From Gemmatimonadota bacterium (GTDB lineage Bacteria; Gemmatimonadota; Gemmatimonadetes; Gemmatimonadales; GWC2-71-9): 47,628 bases of DNA. Where the stretch lies: assembly GCA_003221005.1 (NCBI GenBank), contig QHTZ01000085.1, positions 1 through 47,628 of the forward strand, read 5' to 3'. The notes beneath the pieces are model-generated. The model searched no databases, was not told the DNA's origin, and worked only from the letters and a program-made list of their open reading frames with translations. The number at the start of each line of letters is the position of its first letter. Position 1 is the stretch's first letter. Of the stretch, positions 1 to 9,374 are shown one piece after another. The position numbers and the translations under genes are program-made.

Positions 1-2
1 AC

Positions 3-827
3 TTCACGGGCTCGGCCGGTCTCTCGCTGCTTGTGGGCGGGGGCGGCGGCCGGCGGGCGCCAGCGCCGGCGCCGACGCCTGTGCCGGAGATTCCGAAACA
101 GAAGCGCGACTCCATCCTCGCTGCGGGCGGGACACCCCCACCCCCACCCCCACCCCCACCCTCACCTCCGCCGCCACCCCAGCCGGCCGCTCCCGCGCAA
201 CCAGAGCCCAGACCGGCCAAACAGGTGTTCCTGCGGAGCGCCACGAGCTGGCCGCACCAGTGGTTCTGGGGCGGACAGGCAGGAGTGCTCATCTTCAAGA
301 CCGGCTACGACGGCCTTTCCGCGGAGCCGACGTTCGGCGGGCACTGGCTGATCACCGGAAAGAGGACCGCGCTGTACATCGCGTACGAACAGTCGTTCTT
401 CCTGACAGATCGCCACGCCACCGTCGTCGAGCCGAACGGGACCGTTGAGCCCGGGAACGTCGCCTTCAACACGGTGCGCCGTATCATCGGGGGGGTGCTG
501 GCGTACCCGGTGCAAAAGGCGATTCAGCCGTACGGCGGTGCCGGATTCGCAATCGTGGAGATCCTCAACCCGACCGTGACCTGTACCGGGTGCTCGGTCT
601 CGGACTTCACGATCACACAGAACGCAGCCGACTTCCTGGCCACCAAGGCCTTCTTCTTCTGGATGGGGGGGCTCGAGGCGCGGCAGGGCCGGCTCACCTT
701 GTACGGGCACTACATTCTGACGTCCTCGTCCCGGACGTTCCTGCTTGAGGGGGTCACCCACACGCTCCAGGGCGGGCTGCGCTACAGTTTCGGGAGTGCC
801 AGGGAAGACATCAGCGACCAGCACTGA
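3..827 (+). CDS. 5'-truncated outer-membrane beta-barrel-like protein with Pro-rich linker
   Basis: Frame is open from base 3 (FTGSAGLSLLVGGG...). A poly-Pro linker follows, then alternating aromatic/Gly beta-strands (PYGGAGF, FWMGGLE, LQGGLRYSF) typical of OMP beta-barrels. Confidence 0.6.
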   Translation, partial: FTGSAGLSLLVGGGGGRRAPAPAPTPVPEIPKQKRDSILAAGGTPPPPPPPPPSPPPPPQPAAPAQPEPRPAKQVFLRSATSWPHQWFWGGQAGVLIFKTGYDGLSAEPTFGGHWLITGKRTALYIAYEQSFFLTDRHATVVEPNGTVEPGNVAFNTVRRIIGGVLAYPVQKAIQPYGGAGFAIVEILNPTVTCTGCSVSDFTITQNAADFLATKAFFFWMGGLEARQGRLTLYGHYILTSSSRTFLLEGVTHTLQGGLRYSFGSAREDISDQH

Positions 828-853
828 GGACCAGCCGGACTCTGTGCGCGAAC

Positions 854-889
854 GTCGCCGTCGCAGTTGTGGCGGCGACCTCGTGTTTT
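854..889 (+). terminator. Hairpin between convergent genes, probable intrinsic terminator
   Basis: GTCGCCGTCGC-AGTT-GTGGCGGCGAC stem (includes G-U pairs) followed by GTGTTTT. Confidence 0.5.
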
Positions 890-893
890 GGTG

Positions 894-1472
894 CTATTTC
901 GAGACCCAGACCGAATCGCCGAGCAGATACCTCAGAGGCCAGTCGACAGCACGCGTGATTCCGATGCGGGGTGTGGTCACGATGCGGCGGCGCGGTGCAG
1001 CCGGCAGCCGGACGATCCGCAGGGGGCCGCGCTGCAGCGCGGCGCCGTTCAGGCGGCCCGTGATGGCGAGCGCGGCGCACAGGCGGGCAGGGCCGGCGCA
1101 CAGCGCCCGATCGGGAACACCGGCCCGGCGGCGCCGCATGGTCGCGAGACCGGCCACCGGCTCGAGGGCGCGGATCAGCACGGCGGCGGGGTAGCCCACC
1201 CTCCCGGTGACGGCGTTCAAGCACCAATGCATGCCGTAGGTGAAGTAGATGTACGCGGTGCCGGGCGGACCATACAGCCAGCGAGTCCGCTGCGTGCGCC
1301 GGCCGCCGTACGCGTGGCAAGCCGGGTCGTGCGGCCCGACGTACGCCTCAGTCTCGACGATGCGTCCCGCGGTGCGGCGACCGCCGATGGTGCTCACGAC
1401 GAGATGGCCTAGAAGCCGACGCGCGACCACTTCGGCTGGTCGCGCGTAGAACGAGGGCTCGAGCGGCCTCAC
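894..1472 (-). CDS. mpg: DNA-3-methyladenine glycosylase (MPG/AAG family)
   Basis: GRIVETEAY, D.ACH, YIYFTYGMHWCLN, AVLIRALEP, GPARLC and PRIGI motifs. Confidence 0.93.
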   Translation of the reverse strand: MRPLEPSFYARPAEVVARRLLGHLVVSTIGGRRTAGRIVETEAYVGPHDPACHAYGGRRTQRTRWLYGPPGTAYIYFTYGMHWCLNAVTGRVGYPAAVLIRALEPVAGLATMRRRRAGVPDRALCAGPARLCAALAITGRLNGAALQRGPLRIVRLPAAPRRRIVTTPRIGITRAVDWPLRYLLGDSVWVSK

Positions 1473-3179
1473 TCGCCGCCGGTCAGCCCGCGCTTCACTT
1501 TCGACCAGAACGATTCACCCTCCGGCTCCCGAGGCGACGGGTCGGGAGCAGCGGCGGGAGCCGGCGGCGGCGAGGGAGCCGCGCGCTCGAGCGACGCGGC
1601 CTCGCGCGCGGCGACGCGCTCGAACCCTCCACCTCCCTGGTCCCCACCGCGCCTGCCACGACCGCCGCGCCCGCGCCCGCCACGGCGCCCGCGCCCACCG
1701 CGCTCCCCAGGCTCGCGTTCTCCCCCTCCCCCTCCCGGCTCGCGATCACGACCACTCGCCTGCCCCTGCCCCCGGCCACCGCCCCGGCGCCCCCGGCCTC
1801 CGCGGCTACCGCGATCTGCGCGTCCACTCTCGTCGCCGAAGTCCCGCCCGGGGGCGGGCCCGCTGGCAGCCCCCACGATGTCGCTGTCGGGACGCTTCGC
1901 TGGCACGAGCTCGATCCGCGGCTTGAAGTTGGGGTCGACTTCGACCACACCGATCTTCGGGATCTCGGGCGGGGTGACCCGCGGGCCACGTGATCCTCGG
2001 CGGAACCGGGCGCTGCGCGAAGGCACGCCGATCGGCGCGGCCTCCGCCGGAGGCTGTGCCGGGGACGCGGGCCGTTCGGGAAGCTCTCCCGTCCGCTCGT
2101 CCGTCTCGGGCTCCGGGGTTTCAGCCGAGGGACGTAGCTTCACGGCGTAGGCGCCGTCCTCCTCCTTCGACCTCATCGGCGCTCACGGAGTGCTCCCCTG
2201 CACCCAGGCGGCCGAGCGCCTGCTTCAGCACGCCGAACGCCTCCCCCAACGAAAACCCTGCACCGCCCCCCCCGCCCCCCCCGCCCCCGCCACCGCCAGC
2301 ACCGCGGCGCTGGCGTCCTTCCCCCCTCGCCTGGCGCTCACGCGCAGGTTGAGGCTCGGCCTCGCGCGGCAGGTGCGCGCTAGGCTGCGCGGCGGCGCCC
2401 GCCACCTCGGGACCGAGCGACAGCTCGTACTGCCCGTTGTCCAGCTTGGTCAGCGAGACGAGGCCGCGGTGCGCGGCCTCCAAGACAAACTTGCTGAAGC
2501 GCGAAAATCCGATGTCCTTCTCGTTGAAGGTCGGATCGATCTCCTGCATCACTTGCTTCAACCGATCGGAGCGCATCACGTCGTTGTGCGCCGTCATCTG
2601 CTTCACGGCTTCGACTACGAGCTCCCACGGGTCGCGCCGCTCGTGCGTGACGTCCGACTCCTTGGTGAGCCCCGCCAACTCGTTGTACGAGTAGTACTCG
2701 TCGCAGTTCTGAATGAGCAGGTCACTCGACGACTCGCGGATGCCGACGCCGATGACGTACTTGCCGTACTCCTTGAGCTTGAGCACGAGGGAGGAAAAAT
2801 CGCTGTCGCCCGAGAGCAGGATAAAGCTCCCGATCTCGGGGCGGGTGAACACCAGCTCCAAGGCGTCGATCGCGAGACGGATGTCGGTGGCGTTCTTCTT
2901 GTTCGACCCGTAGGCCGGAGCGAAGATCAGGTCGATAGACGATTCCGAGAGCGGGACGATGTACTGTGGATAGCGCCGCCAGTCGGCGTAGGCGCGCTGC
3001 ACGGCGACCTTGCCGCGGATGATCTCCGATTGCAATAGGCGCTTGAGCTCCGTCTGGAGATCCGACCGGATCCCCATGGTGACGTTGTCGAAGTCGATGA
3101 GCAGCGCGGCGTTCGGCGCGTGGGCGGGGGGTTCCTTGTGGGACTGCCGTGCGAGATGGGCATGCGGTTGTTGCATCAT
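1469..3179 (-). pseudogene. NYN-domain RNase with LOTUS/OST-HTH domain(s) and RGG-rich tail; frameshifted near 2175 (real lesion or assembly error)
   Basis: ORF 2121..3179 has NYN motifs IDFDN, RAYADW, KNATDIRLAIDA, SGDSDF and the LOTUS-like DPTFNEKDIGFSRFSKFV. It continues in another frame (1469..2176: SKEEDGAYAVKL, then RGG repeats and SFWSKVKRGL). Confidence 0.75.
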
Positions 3180-3484
3180 GTGATTATGCTCGATTCCGGA
3201 CGCACGACCTGAGCCGAGCCCACGCCGCCTGCCCGCGAATCAGGTGCGGGAAAGCGTGCCAGCGGGCCCGTCAGATCGGGCAAATGGGGTGTGGCGACTG
3301 CTGCGCGTTGCAACGCGTTCAATAACTCGTCGCCCGTCGTATTGTGTCCGGCAGGATCTCTCTGGGGTGGGTCGCCGCGGCACCACGGCGCGCCGACGAG
3401 CGGATCCTCAGGCTCTTCTGCCGAGGCCGCCAAGCGCCGCCGGATGACCCGACACCATCCCCTGTTCCCGCCGCGTGTATCAGT
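3180..3484 (-). ncRNA. Candidate structured ncRNA or long 5' leader of the NYN gene
   Basis: Long imperfect rod 3349-3473 plus further hairpins, lying downstream of a sigma70-like promoter. Family not identified. Confidence 0.35.
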
Positions 3485-3490
3485 GCGTTG

Positions 3491-3519
3491 AAAATAAACA
3501 ACTTGCGCGATAAAGCCAA
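3491..3519 (-). promoter_or_regulatory. Putative sigma70 promoter TTGGCT-17-TATTTT
   Basis: AT-rich island in GC-rich DNA. On the minus strand -35 is 3519-3514 and -10 is 3496-3491, 17-bp spacer. Confidence 0.5.
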
Positions 3520-3533
3520 GGCCCGGCCTGAGG

Positions 3534-3953
3534 TCACTCACCCAACACCTTGATGATGACCCGCTTGCGGCGCTGCCCATCCCACTCGCCGTAGAACACG
3601 CGCTGCCACGGACCGAAGTCGAGCTTCCCAGCGGTGATGGGTACGATCACCTCGTGGCCGATGGTCAGGCTGCGCAGATGCGCCGCCGCGTTATCCTCGC
3701 CCGTCTCGTTGTGGCGATACCGCCGGGGATCCCACGGCGCCACACTGTCCTCGAGCCAGCGCAGAATGTCCTGCCACAGGCCCGACTCGTGGTCGTTTAC
3801 AAACACCGAGGCCGTGATGTGCATGGCGCTGACGAGGACGAACCCTTCCTTGACTCCACTCTTCGCGACCTGCGCCGCAACCTCGTCGGTGATGTCGATG
3901 ATCTCCTGGCGCTGCTTGGTATTGAACCAGAGGTAGTCAGTGTGGCTCTTCAC
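3534..3953 (-). CDS. yjbQ: YjbQ/UPF0047 secondary thiamine-phosphate synthase family protein
   Basis: [26 protein letters not shown] and [16 protein letters not shown] motifs; GTG start at 3953. Confidence 0.9.
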   Translation of the reverse strand: MKSHTDYLWFNTKQRQEIIDITDEVAAQVAKSGVKEGFVLVSAMHITASVFVNDHESGLWQDILRWLEDSVAPWDPRRYRHNETGEDNAAAHLRSLTIGHEVIVPITAGKLDFGPWQRVFYGEWDGQRRKRVIIKVLGE

Positions 3954-4012
3954 GCCTGGACCCCCTGTGTCGAATTGTCGCACCCGGGCTTTGGCCCTAG
4001 ATTGCTGACAAT

Positions 4013-5206
4013 ATGCCGCTTTCCTTCCGCCAGCGGATCTTCTTGGTCCTCGCGGCATTGACGGCCGTGCCGATCATCCTCGCCGTGATCGGCTGGGCCC
4101 TGGCGGTCCGTGTCGGTGCCCCTTCAGCGGGTGCGCGCGCGTCGCTCGAGCAGGTCGCCATGTCCGCACGGCACATGCTCGAGCGCGTGGACACCCTGCG
4201 ACTGGCCCCCGCCGAACGCACGGCGGTGCGCGATCATCTCGCCGAGATTTCGAACGCAGTGACCCTCGCCCGTCGCGCCGAGACTTATTTCCGCTACTAC
4301 GCCGGCGGGTTCGTCGCCGTGGTCGTGGTGCTCGGGGCACTGGTGCTGTTCGCGGCGGTGCGGCTCGCGGGACACCTCTCGCGGCAGCTTTCGCGACCGA
4401 TCGATGAGCTGGTGGGGTGGACGCGGCTGATCCGCCGGCGGCAGCCCCTCCCGGCCGGTCTCCCGCGTCGTGGCGCCCCCGACTTCGAGGCGTTGCGCCA
4501 GGCCCTGCGGGAGCTCGCCGGGGCGCTCGACGTGGCCCGCGACCGCGAGCTCGAGGCCGAGCGGCTGCGGGCGTTTCGGGAGGTCGCTCGCCGCGTGGCG
4601 CACGAGATCAAGAATCCGCTCACCGCGATGCGGATAGCCGTGGATCAGCTGCGTCGGCCGGGCGGTCCGGCCAACGGGCGGGCAGCGGTAGCGGTGGACG
4701 TGCTCGCCGCGGAGACGCAGCGTCTCGAGCTGCTGGCGCGCGAGTTCGCCGAGTTCGGCCGCCTCCCCGAGGGTCCGCAGAGCGAGGTGGATCTGGTGGA
4801 GCTGCTCGAAGAGCTCAGCCGAACAGCGGTCCCAGACGGCGTGCGGGTGAGCGTGCACGCGAATGGCGGGCGACAGACACTCCTCGCCCATTACGACCCG
4901 TTGCGCCGGGCATTCTCCAATCTGCTGCGGAACGCCTCGGAGGCGATGGGTGGACAGGGGCGCATCGACGTCGCCATCTCGGGCGGCCCGGGTGACGGAG
5001 TCGTTGTCACCATCGCGGACCATGGTCCCGGCATCCCGGAGGACCTGCGCCAGCGCGTCTTCGAGCCGTACTTCACCACGAAACAGGACGGGACGGGGCT
5101 CGGGCTGGCGCTGGTGCGTCAGACGCTCGAGGCGTGTCGCGCGACGATCCGCGCGGACGAGACGCCTGGAGGCGGCGCCACCTTCACGATGGTGTTCCCG
5201 CCATGA
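4013..5206 (+). CDS. Membrane sensor histidine kinase (HAMP-HisKA-HATPase, NtrY-like)
   Basis: Two TM segments; H-box [11 protein letters not shown]-box [25 protein letters not shown]. Confidence 0.93.
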   Translation: MPLSFRQRIFLVLAALTAVPIILAVIGWALAVRVGAPSAGARASLEQVAMSARHMLERVDTLRLAPAERTAVRDHLAEISNAVTLARRAETYFRYYAGGFVAVVVVLGALVLFAAVRLAGHLSRQLSRPIDELVGWTRLIRRRQPLPAGLPRRGAPDFEALRQALRELAGALDVARDRELEAERLRAFREVARRVAHEIKNPLTAMRIAVDQLRRPGGPANGRAAVAVDVLAAETQRLELLAREFAEFGRLPEGPQSEVDLVELLEELSRTAVPDGVRVSVHANGGRQTLLAHYDPLRRAFSNLLRNASEAMGGQGRIDVAISGGPGDGVVVTIADHGPGIPEDLRQRVFEPYFTTKQDGTGLGLALVRQTLEACRATIRADETPGGGATFTMVFPP

Positions 5207-6582
5207 GCCCACGCGTCCTCGTAGTGGACGACGAGGCGAACATCCGGCGGATGCTCGGCGCCCTGCTCCAGGCGGAAGGCTTCGAGACCGCCGAGGCGGC
5301 GAACGGACACGGGGCGCTCGCCGCGCTCGAGCGCGCGGCCCCTGACGCCGTGCTGCTCGACCTGATGATGCCTGGTGGACCCGACGGGCTTGCGACGCTC
5401 GAACAGCTGAAGCGGCGCGCGCCCGACGTGCCGGTCGTCATGATGAGCGGCAAGGCGAACCTCACCGATGCGGTGCGCGCCACCAAGCTCGGCGCCTTCC
5501 AGTTCCTGGAGAAGCCCCTCACCCCGGAGGGCGTGCTCGTCGCGCTGCGCGGCGCGCTGGAGCTGTCCCGCACCCGCGCCGAGAACCGGCGGCTGCATGA
5601 AGCCCTCGGGCACAGCGACCCCCTGATCGGCATGAGCCCCGGGATCGAGGCCGTGCGGGCGCTCATCGCCCGCATCGCGCCCACCGAGGCGCGCGTCCTG
5701 ATCACGGGGGAATCGGGCACGGGGAAGGAGCTCGTGGCGTCCGCGATCCACCGTCAGAGCGGGCGCGCCGCACGCCCGTTCGTGTGCGTCAACAGCGCCG
5801 CGATCCCCAAGGACCTGGTCGAGTCGGAGATGTTCGGCCACGAGCGTGGCGCCTTCACCGGGGCGACGGAGCGCCGCCTGGGCCGCTTCGAGCTCGCAGA
5901 CGGCGGCACCCTGTTTCTGGACGAGGTCGGCGACCTCGGCCCGGAGGCGCAGGCCAAGCTCCTGCGGGTCCTCGAGACCGGCGTGATCGAGCGGCTCGGC
6001 GGCGAGAAGCCGGTCACGGTGGACGTGCGCGTGATCGCCGCGACCAACAAAGATTTGGCGAGGGAAACCCAGGCCGGCCGCTTCCGGGAGGACCTGCTGT
6101 TCCGCCTCAACGTGCTGCCGGTCCACATCACGCCGCTGCGGGAGCGTCCCGAGGACGTGCCCCCCCTGGTGCAGCACTTCGCCGCGCGCCAGGAGGCGCG
6201 GCTCGGGCGCTCCGTGCGCTTCGACGCCGGGGCGCTCCAGCTGCTCGCGGCGTATCTCTGGCCGGGGAACGTGCGCGAGCTCGCGAACATCGTCGAACGG
6301 CTCGCCATCCTCGCCGCGACGGACACAATCAGCGCGGACGACGTCGCGCGCGTCGTTCCCCAGGACGGCGGTGGGCGCCCGGCAGCGGGCGCCGACGCCC
6401 AGCCCGACGTGGCCCTCTCCGAGGCACTCGACCAGTACGAGCGCACGCTGATCGCGCGCGCGCTGTCGGCGGCGCGCGGGAACGTCGCGGACGCGGCGCG
6501 CCGGCTTTCCACCGACCGCGCCAACCTCTACCGCCGCATGCGCCGCCTCGGTCTCGAGCCGCCGCGCAACGTGACGGGATGA
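5203..6582 (+). CDS. Sigma54-dependent response regulator (NtrC/NtrX family)
   Basis: REC domain (VDDE, LLDLMMP), GESGTGKE, GAFTGA, FLDEVG, WPGNVREL, C-terminal Fis-type HTH; ATGA overlap with the kinase stop. Confidence 0.95.
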   Translation: MSPRVLVVDDEANIRRMLGALLQAEGFETAEAANGHGALAALERAAPDAVLLDLMMPGGPDGLATLEQLKRRAPDVPVVMMSGKANLTDAVRATKLGAFQFLEKPLTPEGVLVALRGALELSRTRAENRRLHEALGHSDPLIGMSPGIEAVRALIARIAPTEARVLITGESGTGKELVASAIHRQSGRAARPFVCVNSAAIPKDLVESEMFGHERGAFTGATERRLGRFELADGGTLFLDEVGDLGPEAQAKLLRVLETGVIERLGGEKPVTVDVRVIAATNKDLARETQAGRFREDLLFRLNVLPVHITPLRERPEDVPPLVQHFAARQEARLGRSVRFDAGALQLLAAYLWPGNVRELANIVERLAILAATDTISADDVARVVPQDGGGRPAAGADAQPDVALSEALDQYERTLIARALSAARGNVADAARRLSTDRANLYRRMRRLGLEPPRNVTG

Positions 6583-6592
6583 CACGGATCCC

Positions 6593-6663
6593 TGTCGCGA
6601 GGATGGCAACGCGACACGCAGGCCGGGGCGCCGAGCACGCCCACCGCGCGGCACGCACCGTGC
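6593..6663 (+). promoter_or_regulatory. Putative sigma54 promoter (GG 6650-51, GC 6662-63) with upstream inverted repeat TGTCGCG-N10-CGCGACA
   Basis: cGGCACGcaccGTGC matches the -24/-12 consensus with exact GG-N10-GC spacing; palindrome at 6593-6616. Confidence 0.6.
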
Positions 6664-6698
6664 GTCGCTCGAGCGCGACTCCGTCCCAGGTCGGTCTC

Positions 6699-8355
6699 AT
6701 GCGCGCAGCGCTGCTCCTCGTTTGCTCGATGCTGGCTCCCCTCGCCGCCGTCGCGCAAGACACGGCGATCGTCATCAACCCGGAGAGCGCCGCGGTCACC
6801 GCCCGTCCGCGGGAGCTCCCCCGGCCCGTCGCCGAGCAGGCGATTCGCCTCTTCAACGCCGCCACCACCACCCGGCTCGTTGGCCGCACCTCTCTGCCAC
6901 CCGGCAACGAGTGGCGTGGCGACGTCGGCGTGCGCAACGGCTCGGTGTCGCTGGGCGGCCGGATCGCGGGTACCCTGCTCGTCGTGAACGGTGACGCCAC
7001 GCTCGACTCGACCGCCGAGGTGACGGGGGACGTGCTGGTGCTCGGCGGCACGATGACGCGTGCCCCGGGCTCGCGGCATTCCCTTTTTCGGCGCGCGCAA
7101 GACGTGGACGACGACCGAGGCCCACTCTTCGCTGACGGTCGCGACCGGCGGGACGTTCAACCGCGTCGAGGGGGTCCCGATCGTCTTCGGTCCCGAGTTT
7201 GCCTGGCGCGTACGCGAGGGCGTCGGGCTACGCTTCGACGCCCTCGGCATCGCCCGCTCGGTCGGCGACGTAGGCGGTGAGCCCGGGAACCTCGGGTACC
7301 TCGTGCGCTCGGAGTTACGTTCGGGCGGGGGAGAGCAACGCGGCATCGGCATCGGGTTCCGCGCGTACAGCGCCGTCACGCCGGTCGAGGCGTGGGGCCT
7401 CCGCAGCGCCGAAGTGGGGTGGGCGGCGTTCCTGTTCCAGCGCGACTATCGCGATTACTACCTGGCGCGGGGCGTGAGTGGGCGCGCGTTTGTGCAGCCC
7501 AGCGGGCCGCTGACCCTGGCGCTCGAGCTCACCCGCGACCAGCAGATCAGCGTGACCGCCCGCGATCCGTGGACCGTGTTCCGCAACAGTACGCCGTGGC
7601 GGCAAAACCCGCCGATCGACGATGGACATTACACGACGCTCGGCGGAGTGGTGACGTTCGACACCCGCAACGACCGCGACCAGCCGACCGCAGGGTGGCT
7701 CGTGCGGGCAGAGGTCAACAGCAGCTGGAGCGACGACGTCAGCCCACAGGTCCTTCCTGTCGGCGTCCGCCGGCCGATCCCCACCGACGGATCATACCAG
7801 TTCAGCCGCCTGTTTCTCGACGTCCGTCGTTACACCCGAATCAGCCCTTCGGGGCGGGTGAATCTCCGCGTCCTCGCCGGCGGCTGGCTCGGCGGCGACG
7901 CGCTGCCGCTCCAGCAACGACTGTCGCTCGGTGGGGCCGACCCGCTCCCCGGCTATGGCTTCCGCCACTCCGCCTGCAACGGGGACCTCACCGATTCGGT
8001 CTTCAGCACCTCGCGGGTGGCGGCGTGCGACCGTATCCTGGTCACCCAGATCGAGTATCGCGGGCATCTGTCGCTGCACTGGTCGTACGGCACGTCCCGG
8101 CCGCAGGACGAAGGCGTCAAGTCCCCGTTCACGCTCCAGGGGCCCGACCTGGTGGTGTTCGGAAACGCCGGCCAGGCGTGGCTGGTGGGAGACGGACCGG
8201 GGCGGCTGCCCGCCGACCGGCTGCCCAGCAGCGGTAGCTGGCTCGCCGACCTGGGGCTAGGGATGGACTGGGGCGGCTTCGGGGTGTACTTCGCGAAGGC
8301 GGTGACCACGGGCGAACCGCTGCGCTTCACGCTGCGACTCGACCATCGCTTCTGA
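6699..8355 (+). pseudogene. Secreted protein with beta-helix (bactofilin-like) N-terminus plus Omp85/BamA-TamA-like barrel; frameshift near 7073
   Basis: Signal peptide MRAALLLVCSMLAPLAAVA-QD and G-x-V-x-G-D-V repeats in one frame. Barrel strands (FNRVEG, FDTRND, LGGADPLPGY, C-terminal RF) are in ORF 7060..8355. Confidence 0.65.
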
Positions 8356-8973
8356 GTGCGGCGCGGACTCGCGGTCCTCGCCCTCCTCCTCTCCGGGGCG
8401 GCGCTGCCCGCCGCCGCGCAAGACCCGTCGCTCTCGATCATACTGCAAAACGGTATACCCCGCGTCCAGGTCGTCGCGCTGCTCGCGAACGGGAAGTTCG
8501 TCGGGCTCATGCGCTCGGGCTTTCCGCTCCGCCTCCACTTTCGCCTCGAGCTGTGGCGCACCCGGGCGACCTGGTTCGACCAATACGCGAGCGAGGCGGC
8601 CTGGGACGTCGTCGCGCATTACGATCCGCTGGCGGACGACTTCGTGCTGCTGCGCTCGAACGGGACCACCGCACGCTACGCGACCGCCCAAGCCCTGGGC
8701 CGCGCGCTCGAAATCCCCTACAAGATCACGCTCGCGCCCAAAGGGGCGGGCCGGTTTTACTACCTCTGCCGGCTCGAGGTATCGACGTTGAACGACACGG
8801 ACCTGCAGGAGCTGGAACGGTGGCTCAAAGGCGAGGTCTCGCCCGCGGTGTCCGGGCGCGGCGACCTGGGCGACGCGCTGGTGCGCGGCGCGCAGCGAGT
8901 CCTGGTGCGGATCGCCGGGTTGCCGCGACTCACCCTTGAGGCTCGGTCGGAATCGGTACGAGGGGGAAGCTAG
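8356..8973 (+). CDS. Exported hypothetical protein (DUF4390-like)
   Basis: Signal peptide; LRSGFPLRLHFRLELWR...WFD...YDPL pattern; abuts the upstream stop. Confidence 0.65.
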   Translation: MRRGLAVLALLLSGAALPAAAQDPSLSIILQNGIPRVQVVALLANGKFVGLMRSGFPLRLHFRLELWRTRATWFDQYASEAAWDVVAHYDPLADDFVLLRSNGTTARYATAQALGRALEIPYKITLAPKGAGRFYYLCRLEVSTLNDTDLQELERWLKGEVSPAVSGRGDLGDALVRGAQRVLVRIAGLPRLTLEARSESVRGGS

Positions 8974-9374
8974 CTGCCAAACCGCGCGTCGATCGCCCTG
9001 CGGATCTCGTCGAGCGACGTACCCTGGGCCGCGAGTTGCGCGGCGAGCAGCGCCTCGCCGATGCAGATGTCGCAGTGCGCGCCGTGATCGGACTCGAAGC
9101 ACGTGAGCAGCGAACGATGCCCGAAGGACTTGCTGCAGTTGCAGTGGCAATACACGCCGTCCAGCACGTGCGGCACGCGCCGGGCCGCCTCGTAGGCGTC
9201 GAGCGCCCCCGGACTCCCGGGCACCAGGGAGAGCGGCAGCACCTTGTCGGCGGTAACGCCGGGCCGGGGATCGGGGTGCGGTGCTGCCTGCCCCCGCCGC
9301 GGCACGAGCAGCACGACGAGGACCGCCACCGCGGCCGCGCCGGCGATGAGCCACGGCCAGGCGCCCCGTTTCAC
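8970..9374 (-). CDS. PCYCGC-motif family membrane-anchored putative metal-binding protein (variant YCHCNC)
   Basis: N-terminal TM; YCHCNC...GH.SLLTCF...HGAHCDIC; GTG start overlaps the HNH stop. Confidence 0.8.
   Translation of the reverse strand: MKRGAWPWLIAGAAAVAVLVVLLVPRRGQAAPHPDPRPGVTADKVLPLSLVPGSPGALDAYEAARRVPHVLDGVYCHCNCSKSFGHRSLLTCFESDHGAHCDICIGEALLAAQLAAQGTSLDEIRRAIDARFGS

Noticed and set aside
3246-3262. Sigma54-like TGGCACG on the minus strand in the NYN leader
   Set aside because: GG to GC spacing is 11 rather than 10, and there is no TTGC.
3176-3580. 134-aa ORF across the yjbQ-NYN gap
   Set aside because: Overlaps yjbQ, crosses the promoter-like AT island, and has atypical codons and no motifs.
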